In this document: one piece after another, positions 30,567 through 39,701 of the stretch
How positions within the stretch are numbered: the first letter of the stretch is position 1
How the letters are laid out: each line of letters opens with the position of its first letter
Assembly: GCA_965215125.1 (NCBI GenBank)
Contig: OZ244052.1
Coordinates: 192,001 to 256,000, forward strand
DNA from: an uncultured candidatus Porisulfidus sp.
Lineage (GTDB): Bacteria > Pseudomonadota > Gammaproteobacteria > Poriferisulfidales > Oxydemutatoraceae
Reading direction: 5' to 3'
Length of the DNA: 64,000 nucleotides
Notes under the pieces: generated by a model
Seen by the model: only the letters and a program-made list of their open reading frames with translations
Database searches by the model: none
What the model was told of the DNA's origin: nothing
Program-made: the position numbers and the translations under genes

Positions 30567-31972
30567 GCGTGCACTCTTTCGGGTTCGGGTTTGTCCTCCG
30601 ACCATTGAGTAAAACTTTTCATCGTCGGCAAAAGTAGTTGTATTGATAGATAAACTACCGGAATAAACCATGAATAGATAACTAACTCGGGGGTTTGGTC
30701 ATAGATCCTCTGCGCATCGTAAATGCTGATCAAGGCAACCCAAAATACCAGCCATCCCCTATTGAATAAATTAGAGCGCGGTTTGCTATGCATCCACAAT
30801 ATAAAGAAAAACAAAAAGTAAAGCTCGCTGAAGCGCACCGCCATCTCGGTGCGAAACGGGTTGACCGATAAGGTTCCCAAATAACCCAAGTAGATAAAAA
30901 CAACCACAAATACGGCAAGGTTGAGTTTATGCAAAACACTGCGATAGCGAACCGACTTAACCGGATTTTTATCTATCCACGGCATAAAGAATAAGATGAT
31001 AATAGACGCACCCATCGCCAGTACACCGTACCACGGGTCGGGGATCGCACGCAACACCGTATAGAAAGGTGTGAAATACCAAAGCGGTGATATATGCTCG
31101 GGTGTCACCAGAGGATTCGCCTCTATGAAGTTGTTATGCTCCAGAAAATAACCGCCCATCTCCGGGATATAAAATACGACGATAGAGAAAAACAGCAAGA
31201 ACACGACCAAACCGACGATATCCTTGACCGTGTAATAAGGATGAAACGGGATGCCGTCTACGGGCTTGCCGTCGGCAGCTTTGTTTTTCTTAATCTCAAT
31301 CCCATCGGGGTTGTTGGAACCTACCTCGTGGAGTGCAACGATATGCATGAAAACCAAACCTACCAGTATCAACGGAAATGCAATCACATGAAAAGCAAAA
31401 AAACGATTGAGCGTTGCATCCGACACAACATAGTCACCGCGTATCCAAATTGCCAAATCCTCACCGATATAAGGAATAGCCCCGAACAAATTGATGATGA
31501 CTTGCGCACCCCAATAAGACATCTGCCCCCACGGCAATAGATAACCCATGAACGCTTCCGCCATCAAAGCGACATAAATGAACATCCCGATAATCCACAG
31601 CAACTCACGCGGTTTTTTGAACGAACCATACAATAATGCACGAAACATATGCAGATAAATAACAATGAAAAATGCCGATGCGCCCGTGGAGTGCATATAG
31701 CGAATCAACCACCCCCACTCTACATCACGCATGATATATTCAACCGACGCAAAAGCACTCGCCGCATCGGGTTTGTAATGCATGGTTAGAAAAATACCGG
31801 TGAATATCTGTAGTACTAATATAAATAATGCAAGCGAACCGAAGAAATACCAAAAGTTAAAATTCTTGGGCGCATAATAACCGGCAAGATGGTCTTGCCA
31901 TATTTTACTCAGAGGGAAACGCTCGTCTATCCAACCCAAAAGACCGGTCGTCTTCTGCTCGGTCTGCTCCAT
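30563..31972 (-). CDS. petB: Cytochrome b
   Basis: RYMHSTGAS, GYLLPWGQMSYWG and PLWYF motifs. Confidence 0.97.
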   Translation of the reverse strand: MEQTEQKTTGLLGWIDERFPLSKIWQDHLAGYYAPKNFNFWYFFGSLALFILVLQIFTGIFLTMHYKPDAASAFASVEYIMRDVEWGWLIRYMHSTGASAFFIVIYLHMFRALLYGSFKKPRELLWIIGMFIYVALMAEAFMGYLLPWGQMSYWGAQVIINLFGAIPYIGEDLAIWIRGDYVVSDATLNRFFAFHVIAFPLILVGLVFMHIVALHEVGSNNPDGIEIKKNKAADGKPVDGIPFHPYYTVKDIVGLVVFLLFFSIVVFYIPEMGGYFLEHNNFIEANPLVTPEHISPLWYFTPFYTVLRAIPDPWYGVLAMGASIIILFFMPWIDKNPVKSVRYRSVLHKLNLAVFVVVFIYLGYLGTLSVNPFRTEMAVRFSELYFLFFFILWMHSKPRSNLFNRGWLVFWVALISIYDAQRIYDQTPELVIYSWFIPVVYLSIQLLLPTMKSFTQWSEDKPEPERVHA

Positions 31973-32578
31973 CTAAGCTTTCTCCTTTTCCGATTCGCCG
32001 ATGACAATCTTGTCGTCGGCAGCATAGCGATACGGTGGGACTTCCAAATTCTTAGGTGCCGGTACACCGCGATAAACACGCCCCGCCAAATCAAAACGCG
32101 AACCATGACATGCACAAAAGAAACCACCTTCCCATTTAGCACCCAAATCTTCCGGCGCAATATCGGGCCGGTAAGTCGGCGAACATCCGAGATGCGTGCA
32201 TATTCCGACCAATACCAAAAACTCCGGCTTGATCGATCTGTATTCGTTATGCGCATACTCCGGCTGCTGCGGCTGATCCGAATTGGGATCACGCAACTGT
32301 GGCTCCACATCCTTTAAGGTCTGCAACATCTTCTTGGTTCTGTTGACTATCCATATCGGCTTACCGCGCCACTCTTCACGCACCATCTCACCGGGCTCTA
32401 TCTTGCTTAAATCAACCTCAACAGGCGCACCCGCCGCTTGCGTTTTAGCACTGGGCTCCATAGACTTCACAAAAGGAACAGCCGTTGTGACTATTCCTAC
32501 TCCTCCTACTATCTGTGCACTGGAACTTAAGAAACGTCGACGCGTAACGTCAACTTTATCATCATCATCGGTAGGCAT
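31973..32578 (-). CDS. petA: Rieske iron-sulfur subunit of the bc1 complex
   Basis: Tat RRRFL signal, CTHLGC and CACHGS motifs. Confidence 0.97.
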   Translation of the reverse strand: MPTDDDDKVDVTRRRFLSSSAQIVGGVGIVTTAVPFVKSMEPSAKTQAAGAPVEVDLSKIEPGEMVREEWRGKPIWIVNRTKKMLQTLKDVEPQLRDPNSDQPQQPEYAHNEYRSIKPEFLVLVGICTHLGCSPTYRPDIAPEDLGAKWEGGFFCACHGSRFDLAGRVYRGVPAPKNLEVPPYRYAADDKIVIGESEKEKA

Positions 32579-32789
32579 TGTATGACTCTCTGTTTTTAAT
32601 GTTTATATCAATAACTCTTGGGGGGGGTTAGCTAAACCAGCCTACACATCGGTAGACCATCACACCATAATTAGTTAGGCGCAGTGGCAAATGTCAAAGC
32701 ACTTAACACCATATACTGGAGATTGCCACTGCTAGTTATATTAACTAATACGGGATTATAGCACAATAGCGGGCGAACTGCATATATTC

Positions 32790-32991
32790 ATTCCCCTCCT
32801 TGTAGGAGCAGAATAGAGCCGCCGATTGAGCCAGTAGGTCAATCGGCAATTTTGATGTCCGCCCTTAGGGTGGCAAGCTCCGCCTGACGGGGTGGTTGCG
32901 TCGTGGGGCTGTTGGAAAAGTATCCACGAACTGTAGGGACGGTACATTCCCCTCCTTCGGAGGGGTGGCAGGCGCAGCCTGACGGGGTGGT
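32790..32991. repeat. Cluster of family B elements with a nested family A hairpin (32816-32847)
   Basis: TTCCCCTCC..., GCCGATTGA...TCAATCGGC, and two GCCTGACGGGGTGG copies. Confidence 0.7.
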
Positions 32992-33102
32992 TGCACCGGC
33001 ACGATTAACACATCCCCACCCTACTTTAGCAAACACTTCGGGTACACTCCCCAAACAATTTGCTATACTATTGCTACAAAAAAATTGGCAAGGTTCGGAA
33101 TA

Positions 33103-33267
33103 ATGAAATATAGTTTTATCATAATTTTTGCGTTAGCACTTGGAGGATGCACACCCTTTTATGATTTCAAATATCATGAAACAAATAGTAGCCCAGCCCG
33201 TGTGTGCTATAGTAAATATATCGCCGGCGAACCTATCGGAGATTTTTGCAAAAATAAAATTCATTAA
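33103..33267 (+). CDS. Small putative lipoprotein (54 aa)
   Basis: MKYSFIIIFALALGG-C lipobox and two further Cys. Confidence 0.55.
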   Translation: MKYSFIIIFALALGGCTPFYDFKYHETNSSPARVCYSKYIAGEPIGDFCKNKIH

Positions 33268-33362
33268 AAGTTTTAGTTTCTGTTTCAGTCCCTAGGTGAG
33301 TTGTTATACTGTTGCTACTTTTTCAACAGCCCCATTTCCCTTTTCTACTTTGGTTTAGAGCG

Positions 33363-33466
33363 ACGCAACAAAAAAGCCGCCCGTAGGCGGCCTTTCGAAT
33401 GTTGCGTATATTCACACTTATTAATCCTGATACAAAAATCGTTAATGTGAAATCCCTAATTCAATT
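33363..33466 (-). ncRNA. Predicted tracrRNA
   Basis: Minus strand reads ATTGAATTAGGG-[20 nt]-GTATCAGGA-TTAAT, complementary to the crRNA repeat GTTGTCCTGATACCCCCTAATTCAAT. It is followed by stem-loops and a U-tract and lies divergently upstream of cas9. Confidence 0.8.
33370..33391 (-). terminator. Intrinsic terminator at the tracrRNA 3' end
   Basis: Minus strand GCCGCC-TACG-GGCGGC-TTTTTT. Confidence 0.8.
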
Positions 33467-33471
33467 TTTCC

Positions 33472-33500
33472 AGCGTAGCACACCTTGAATTAAAAAGCAA
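33472..33500 (-). promoter_or_regulatory. Putative sigma70 promoter for tracrRNA
   Basis: Minus strand TTGCTT-17 bp-TACGCT with an extended TG, about 6 nt upstream of the anti-repeat. Confidence 0.55.
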
Positions 33501-33570
33501 TTTTTCTTTGCGATTTAGCATGTAACCGTATTTATAGTTATAATAGCAGGTTTCATAAATGGATAACCAA

Positions 33571-33579
33571 TAAGGAGGT
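33571..33579 (+). promoter_or_regulatory. Ribosome-binding site of cas9
   Basis: TAAGGAGGT, 8 nt before the ATG at 33588. Confidence 0.8.
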
Positions 33580-33587
33580 ATATCGTC

Positions 33588-36500
33588 ATGGGAATTAAAT
33601 ATCGCTTAGGGCTGGATGTCGGTGCCAATTCACTCGGCTGGAGTGTGCTGAAACTAGACACGGATGATAAACCTTATAAAATAGAAAATGCCGGTGCACG
33701 CATTTTCTCCGACGGACGAGAACCTAAAGGTCATAGTACCTTGAAGGCAGTCAGGAGAACAGCACGATCTGCCCGCCGAAATAGAGACAGATTCAAACAG
33801 CGACAAACGTATCTGATAAAGGAACTGGAAAAAGCTAAATTGTTTCCGCCGGAATCCGATACTGCGACGCGCCATGCTATACAAAAACTTGACCCTTTAG
33901 AATTGCGGGCTAATGCGCTGCATGAAAAGCTAGACCCCTACCATATAGGTCGTGCATTATTTCATATAAATCAACGTCGCGGTTTTAAGAGCAACCGCAA
34001 AGACACCAGCAAAGAAACTAGGAGCGGTAAGGTCAGTAAATCCGTGATGGCACTATTCAAGAAAATGGGTTTAGTCCAACAAAGTTCTATCCTCGATGAA
34101 CCAGAAAAGCTCTCTGAAGAACAAAAAAAATGGATCCGACAAGAGGAAGCCAAACAAAAGAAAGAAGCGATCACTAAATTAAAAGATTCAGATATTACTT
34201 TCGGTTCGTTTTTGTGGGAACGACGCAAACAGAACCCGCCACAGGCAACCCGTGCTCGTCCCAACGTAGATGGCAAGTTATACGATCTTTATCCGACCCG
34301 AGATCTATTAGAAGACGAATTTGACAAAATCTGTGCTAAACAACAAAAATATCACCCAAAACTTTTAAGCGCGGAAGTCGTCAAACATTTGAGAAAAATT
34401 ATATTTTATCAGCGACCCTTGAAACCCCAAGAGCGCGGCAAATGTGCTTATATGTATAAGGCAGGAGAACTCCGCGCTTTCCGAGCAATGCCGAGCTTTC
34501 AACGCTATCGCATCTATCAAGAAGTTAATAACTTGGAATGGGCCGGTCCGAGACAACCATATCGTTTGAGAGATTACCCCGAAGCAAGGGATGCCGTCGT
34601 GACACTATTAGAGAAACCTACTACTAAAAAAGGCAATGTCACCTTTACTAAAATTAAGAACGTACTTAAAGATCTAGGAGTCGCAGAAGGCGAGTTCAAA
34701 TTAAATTACGAAACCTTGAAAAGAAAAAAAACAAAAAGTAAAAAAAACGAAAAGCAAAAAAAAGACTCGTCAGGTTTGGACGGCAATCTCACCTCTAATA
34801 TTATGCAAAAAGAGGATTGCATCGGAGCGCAATGGCATGATTGGCCCGTAGAAAAACAAGACTCATTCGTTGAATTGATATTAAATGACAAACTCAGCGA
34901 TGCGGAAGTCCGAGATAAGCTAATGAAAGAATACGAACTCTCTCAGGAAGTAGCTACAGTTTGTCTTGAGGCGCACTTGAAAGAAGGCACGGCTCACCTA
35001 TCCTTAAAAGCTGCCAAATTGCTCACGGAAAAAATGAAAAATGAATATTGTGTGCAATCCAAAGCAGTGGAGCGTGTCTCGGAAGAGCACAACGACTTTG
35101 TTAGTCCACTTAGATCTACCGAAGAGGGAAAATTATTAGAGCGATTACCCTATTACGGAGAGTTTTTTCAAGATGGCAAACATATAATTGAGGGAACCCT
35201 AGATAGAGAAGATGAACACGATGCCTTAAAATTTTACGGAGGTGTGACCAACCCGACGGTACACATCGCCTTGAACCAAATCCGCAATGTAATCAATGAA
35301 CTGATAAAACGATATGGGAAGCCGTCCTCCATTGTCATTGAACTAGGTAGAGAGTTACCTGTCGGTGAAGAGGAACGTAAAGAAATAGAAAAAGAGCAGA
35401 AGGAGAATCAAACGAATAATGAAAGAATTGATACAGAACTTAAGGAACTCGGACAGTTTATAAATAGGGATAACAGAATCAGGTTTCGGCTTTGGGAAGA
35501 ATTAAACAAGGATCCTGCCGGACGCAAATGCCCATTTACAGGCAAAACCATCGGTATTCATGACATATTTAGTGATGAATTTGAAGTTGAACACCTTATC
35601 CCTTTTAGCAGATCATTAGATGATAGTTTCTCTAATAAAGTATTGTGCTCAACACAAGCAAACCGAGACAAAGGGCAAAAAACTCCATACGAAGCATTTG
35701 GCGACAGTCTCGGTGGTTACAGCTGGAATGAGATTTTTGAACGTTCTAAAAGGTTGCCCGATAGCAAGCAGTGGCGATTTGAAAAAGACGCTATGAAAAA
35801 GTGGCAACGCAACGAGTCCGATTTCCTAGCCCGGCATCTAAACGACACCCGATATATCGGCAGATTAACCAAAGATTATCTTAAAGCTATCTGTCCATAC
35901 AATGAGATTTATGTTGTCACCGGAAGATTGACTGCCCTTTTACGTGGTCATTGGGGGTTAAACAGTATCCTAAACGAGATACGAACCGATGAGGAACTTA
36001 AAAGGCTTGGACAAGAGGCTAGTAAAGATAATAGAGTTAGGTATTGGCTTTGGGAAGAATTAAACGAGGATCCCAATGGGCGTGAATGTCCCTTTACAGG
36101 GAAGACTATTATTAAAGATGACATATTTAGTGATGAATTTGAAATCGGATATCTCATTCCTGATAGTACATCAAAGGGCGACAGTTTCTCTAATAAAGTG
36201 TTATGTTCGACACAAGCAAACCAAGACAAAGGACAATGTACTCCATACGAGGCATTCGGTCATAGTCCTGACGATTACAACTGGAATAATATTCTGCAAC
36301 GCTCCGAAAGATTGCCTGAAAACAAGCAATGGCGATTTTTAGAAGACGCTATGGAAAAATGGCAGAGCAGAAATTTTGGTAGCAGCAGCTATAATAAAGC
36401 AAAGAAAAGCCGCGACGACCATAGGCATCATGCGATTGATGCCATTGTAATCGGAATGACTACGAGAAGTATCTTGCAACAAGTAGCAACGGCTGCCAAC

Positions 36501-37406
36501 CAATCCGAGGAGTTAAACCTTCCGTATTTATTTAATAAAAAAGAAAATGGTAAAAGCGCAATTGATCCATGGCTCGGATTTCGTGCAGATGTGAAAAACA
36601 TAATAGATAATATCATCGTTTCTCATAGAAAAAGGAACAAACAGTTAGGACAAGGTAGCACAAAGTTAGGACGCGATAGCACAAGCGGACAGCTGCACAA
36701 TAGTACTGCTTATGGCATAGTGACAAAACATGATAATAAAGAGAGTACGGTTGTAGTGCGCCGATCTATAGACAATTTAGTAGGCAAAAAAGAGGGACGC
36801 AGGAAAAGACTGGAATCCATTTGCGACAATTATTTAAGAGAACAATTTTTAGATGCGTTTGATGGCAATGGCAAGGAGGGTGTGATGATTCTAGCTAAAC
36901 AGAAAAATATCAGAGGGTTGCGTTGTATTCAAAATTTATCAATCATTCCTATTAAGGATAAAGAAGGACGGGAATATAAGGCTTTTCACGGAGATAGCAA
37001 CTGGGGATACGAAATTTACGAATACCCGAAAGGACATAAAAAAGCAGGGAAATGGGTAGGATTTCCCATTTCTACTCATGATGCCAATCAAAAAAACTTT
37101 CAACCGGGTTTAACCTTGCGCCGCCGCCATCACCTTCATCCAACCGCTAAACTTGTAATGCGTTTGCATGTCAATGACTATGTGGAAATTATCGGAGAAG
37201 ATGGTACACCGCAAATCATGCGTCTACAGAAAATTTCAAAAGGCTTAGATTTTATTCCTCCTAACGAAGCAAATGTCGCTAAGCGAGTAAAGAATAAAGA
37301 ATTAAAGTTCTTTAATAAGTCAGGCGGTAGCCTACAAAAGCTAAAAAGTCGTAAAATACATATTAGCCCGACAGGGCTTAAAAATTACGATGGCAATTGT
37401 AGCTAA
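33588..37406 (+). CDS. cas9: Type II-C Cas9 with an internally duplicated HNH domain
   Basis: RuvC-I YRLGLDVGANSLGW, Arg-rich bridge helix, QRRGFKSNRK, NPTVHIALNQ/IVIELGRE (RuvC-II), HNH EVEHLIPFSRSLDDSFSNKVL, RuvC-III RDDHRHHAIDA. A second HNH-like copy lies at aa 799-926. Confidence 0.97.
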   Translation: MGIKYRLGLDVGANSLGWSVLKLDTDDKPYKIENAGARIFSDGREPKGHSTLKAVRRTARSARRNRDRFKQRQTYLIKELEKAKLFPPESDTATRHAIQKLDPLELRANALHEKLDPYHIGRALFHINQRRGFKSNRKDTSKETRSGKVSKSVMALFKKMGLVQQSSILDEPEKLSEEQKKWIRQEEAKQKKEAITKLKDSDITFGSFLWERRKQNPPQATRARPNVDGKLYDLYPTRDLLEDEFDKICAKQQKYHPKLLSAEVVKHLRKIIFYQRPLKPQERGKCAYMYKAGELRAFRAMPSFQRYRIYQEVNNLEWAGPRQPYRLRDYPEARDAVVTLLEKPTTKKGNVTFTKIKNVLKDLGVAEGEFKLNYETLKRKKTKSKKNEKQKKDSSGLDGNLTSNIMQKEDCIGAQWHDWPVEKQDSFVELILNDKLSDAEVRDKLMKEYELSQEVATVCLEAHLKEGTAHLSLKAAKLLTEKMKNEYCVQSKAVERVSEEHNDFVSPLRSTEEGKLLERLPYYGEFFQDGKHIIEGTLDREDEHDALKFYGGVTNPTVHIALNQIRNVINELIKRYGKPSSIVIELGRELPVGEEERKEIEKEQKENQTNNERIDTELKELGQFINRDNRIRFRLWEELNKDPAGRKCPFTGKTIGIHDIFSDEFEVEHLIPFSRSLDDSFSNKVLCSTQANRDKGQKTPYEAFGDSLGGYSWNEIFERSKRLPDSKQWRFEKDAMKKWQRNESDFLARHLNDTRYIGRLTKDYLKAICPYNEIYVVTGRLTALLRGHWGLNSILNEIRTDEELKRLGQEASKDNRVRYWLWEELNEDPNGRECPFTGKTIIKDDIFSDEFEIGYLIPDSTSKGDSFSNKVLCSTQANQDKGQCTPYEAFGHSPDDYNWNNILQRSERLPENKQWRFLEDAMEKWQSRNFGSSSYNKAKKSRDDHRHHAIDAIVIGMTTRSILQQVATAANQSEELNLPYLFNKKENGKSAIDPWLGFRADVKNIIDNIIVSHRKRNKQLGQGSTKLGRDSTSGQLHNSTAYGIVTKHDNKESTVVVRRSIDNLVGKKEGRRKRLESICDNYLREQFLDAFDGNGKEGVMILAKQKNIRGLRCIQNLSIIPIKDKEGREYKAFHGDSNWGYEIYEYPKGHKKAGKWVGFPISTHDANQKNFQPGLTLRRRHHLHPTAKLVMRLHVNDYVEIIGEDGTPQIMRLQKISKGLDFIPPNEANVAKRVKNKELKFFNKSGGSLQKLKSRKIHISPTGLKNYDGNCS

Positions 37407-37435
37407 CACTCTACATTCAATAATCAATTTTTTGC

Positions 37436-38350
37436 ATGCCCGACCAAATCGTTGAAATTACGCAACCGGGTTATTGGTTGAGTAAGTCACGCGGATTTTT
37501 AGAAGTTCAAAGCAACGATGAAAACCAAATCGGTGGAAAGATACCATTAGATGATATTCTATCGGTTGTTATTTCTACTCCAGGATGTTCTCTATCAACC
37601 GTTCTCATAGATTACCTGAGTCGTCGCAATATCCCCATTACGATATGCGGAGCAAACTACCTACCCACAACACTTATCTTACCGATAGATGGTTACAATA
37701 GACAATTCCAAGTCATGCAAAGCCAAACCGATTTATCGGCACCGCGCCGGAAGCGCGCATGGCAAGCTATAGTCAGAGCTAAAATACAAAATCAAGCCGA
37801 TTTACTGGAGTTTGTCGGCAAAAATAATATGCAATTAAAACGCTTAATCTCAAATGTGAAATCCGGCGATGTGGATAATTGCGAAGCTCAAGCAGCACGC
37901 ATTTATTGGCAAAGTTTGTTCGGCGAAGATTTTCGTCGTGACCGCACTGCCACAGATTTGAATACTCCGCTCAACTATATTTACACGGTTATTAGAGCGT
38001 GTATTGCTCGCGGGATTAGCAGTGCAGGATTACATCCTACATTCAGCATACACCATAAAAATCCACAAAATGCATTCAACCTCGCCGATGATTTGATTGA
38101 ACCCTATCGCCCTATTGCCGATTGCTTTGTTTGGAAAAAATATTTCAATAAATTTGATCGACTGACCCCCGAAGTAAAAGCATCTTTAACAAGCATCGTA
38201 AATCTACAAATCCCTGTAGGAGACGAAGTATCCCCTTTATCGTTGGCTGCCATTAAGACATGCCGTTCTTTCGCAAGCTATTGCCTCAATGAAGCAACAA
38301 ATATCTTACTTCCTAAGCTACCTATGTCTTTAGAAATAGGGGCTTTATGA
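37436..38350 (+). CDS. cas1: Type II Cas1
   Basis: SGD..NCEAQAARIYW, LNY.Y and HH....NAFNLADDLIEPYRP motifs. Confidence 0.96.
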   Translation: MPDQIVEITQPGYWLSKSRGFLEVQSNDENQIGGKIPLDDILSVVISTPGCSLSTVLIDYLSRRNIPITICGANYLPTTLILPIDGYNRQFQVMQSQTDLSAPRRKRAWQAIVRAKIQNQADLLEFVGKNNMQLKRLISNVKSGDVDNCEAQAARIYWQSLFGEDFRRDRTATDLNTPLNYIYTVIRACIARGISSAGLHPTFSIHHKNPQNAFNLADDLIEPYRPIADCFVWKKYFNKFDRLTPEVKASLTSIVNLQIPVGDEVSPLSLAAIKTCRSFASYCLNEATNILLPKLPMSLEIGAL

Positions 38351-38691
38351 GTAGTAACCAAAACCATCTAAGCCCGTATCGCATTATGTGGTTATTTGTA
38401 ATGTTTGACTTGCCGGTAGGCACTAAAAAAGAGAGAGAGCAGGCAACAAAATTTCGTCAAGGGCTTCTTGATTTAGGGTTTGAAATGTCACAATTTTCGG
38501 TATACTTAAAATACTGTCCATCAAAAGAAAAATCGGAAGTAGTTAGTGACAAAGTCAAAGTTAAAATTCCGATTGGAGGTAAAGTAGATATTCTGATGAT
38601 AACCGATAAACAGTTTTCAGGCATGAAAAGATTTTATGCAAAAATCGAAATTAAAAGCAGTGCAAAACCGAAGCAGTTACATATCTTTTGA
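38347..38691 (+). CDS. cas2: Cas2
   Basis: YRIMWLFVMFDLPV, GFEMSQFSVY and ITDKQF motifs. No csn2 or cas4 follows, which indicates subtype II-C. Confidence 0.96.
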   Translation: MSSNQNHLSPYRIMWLFVMFDLPVGTKKEREQATKFRQGLLDLGFEMSQFSVYLKYCPSKEKSEVVSDKVKVKIPIGGKVDILMITDKQFSGMKRFYAKIEIKSSAKPKQLHIF

Positions 38692-38752
38692 TTATTTTTT
38701 TCTACGCAATATAGAAAAAAGTATCATCACAATAACTGCTTCGGCGTTGTCT

Positions 38753-39632
38753 GATTATACCATTGAATTAGGGGGTATCAGGACAACGTACATTGTGATG
38801 ACCTTGTCAAAAAAAAGGATTATACCATTGAATTAGGGGGTATCAGGACAACTCATAATCATCATCAAACAAACTATCGTCTGATTATACCATTGAATTA
38901 GGGGGTATCAGGACAACTGTGTAATAGTTATTAGCGAGATGCTCGTAGATTATACCATTGAATTAGGGGGTATCAGGACAACGCCTGGGTCATTATATAT
39001 CTAAGGAGATTAGATTATACCATTGAATTAGGGGGTATCAGGACAACCTAAATAGACCGGTAGTAAGCGGCGATCAGGATTATACCATTGAATTAGGGGG
39101 TATCAGGACAACACTATGACCCAGCTTTTGATTCACCTGATAGATTATACCATTGAATTAGGGGGTATCAGGACAACTATTTGTTGGAATGACTGGGTTG
39201 AGTTTATGATTATACCATTGAATTAGGGGGTATCAGGACAACTAGAAGGAGACGTTCAACTAGACGTACCTAGATTATACCATTGAATTAGGGGGTATCA
39301 GGACAACTTATCAACTTCAACTTCAACTTCAACGCCAGATTATACCATTGAATTAGGGGGTATCAGGACAACTATATTTTACTTCTTTGCATATGATAAC
39401 TCGATTATACCATTGAATTAGGGGGTATCAGGACAACTTGGTGAGCCTTCTCGTGCAAACTATTTTAGATTATACCATTGAATTAGGGGGTATCAGGACA
39501 ACTTATCAACTTCAATATCAACATCAACGCCAGATTATACCATTGAATTAGGGGGTATCAGGACAACTCCTTGCGCGCCATTAAGAACAGGGGGATTGAT
39601 TATACCATTGAATTAGGGGGTATCAGGACAAC
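38753..39632 (-). CRISPR. CRISPR array part 1 (repeats 1-14)
   Basis: Invariant 35-nt repeat GATTATACCATTGAATTAGGGGGTATCAGGACAAC every 65 nt with 30-nt spacers. Orientation inferred from the GTT start and tracrRNA complementarity. Confidence 0.98.
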
Positions 39633-39701
39633 AAACTGACCTTCCCCCATTTTCAGGGCCAAAACTTAAATGAGATCTGTATTATAAGTCACCTCTGTGC
39701 C

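Noticed and set aside
30563-30780. C-terminal extension of cytochrome b with extra hydrophobic segments
   Set aside because: Longer PetB variants occur in other proteobacteria, so this is not evidently novel.
35982-36365. Second HNH as an assembly duplication or intein/homing endonuclease
   Set aside because: The copies are about 30% diverged and separated by unique RuvC sequence. There are no intein splice motifs, and the insert is clearly derived from this Cas9's own HNH.
38690-38733. GATTAT...GTATCATCACAAT as a degenerate terminal repeat
   Set aside because: Partial similarity only, and the spacing to repeat 1 (19 nt) does not fit the 65-nt period. More likely leader-side sequence.
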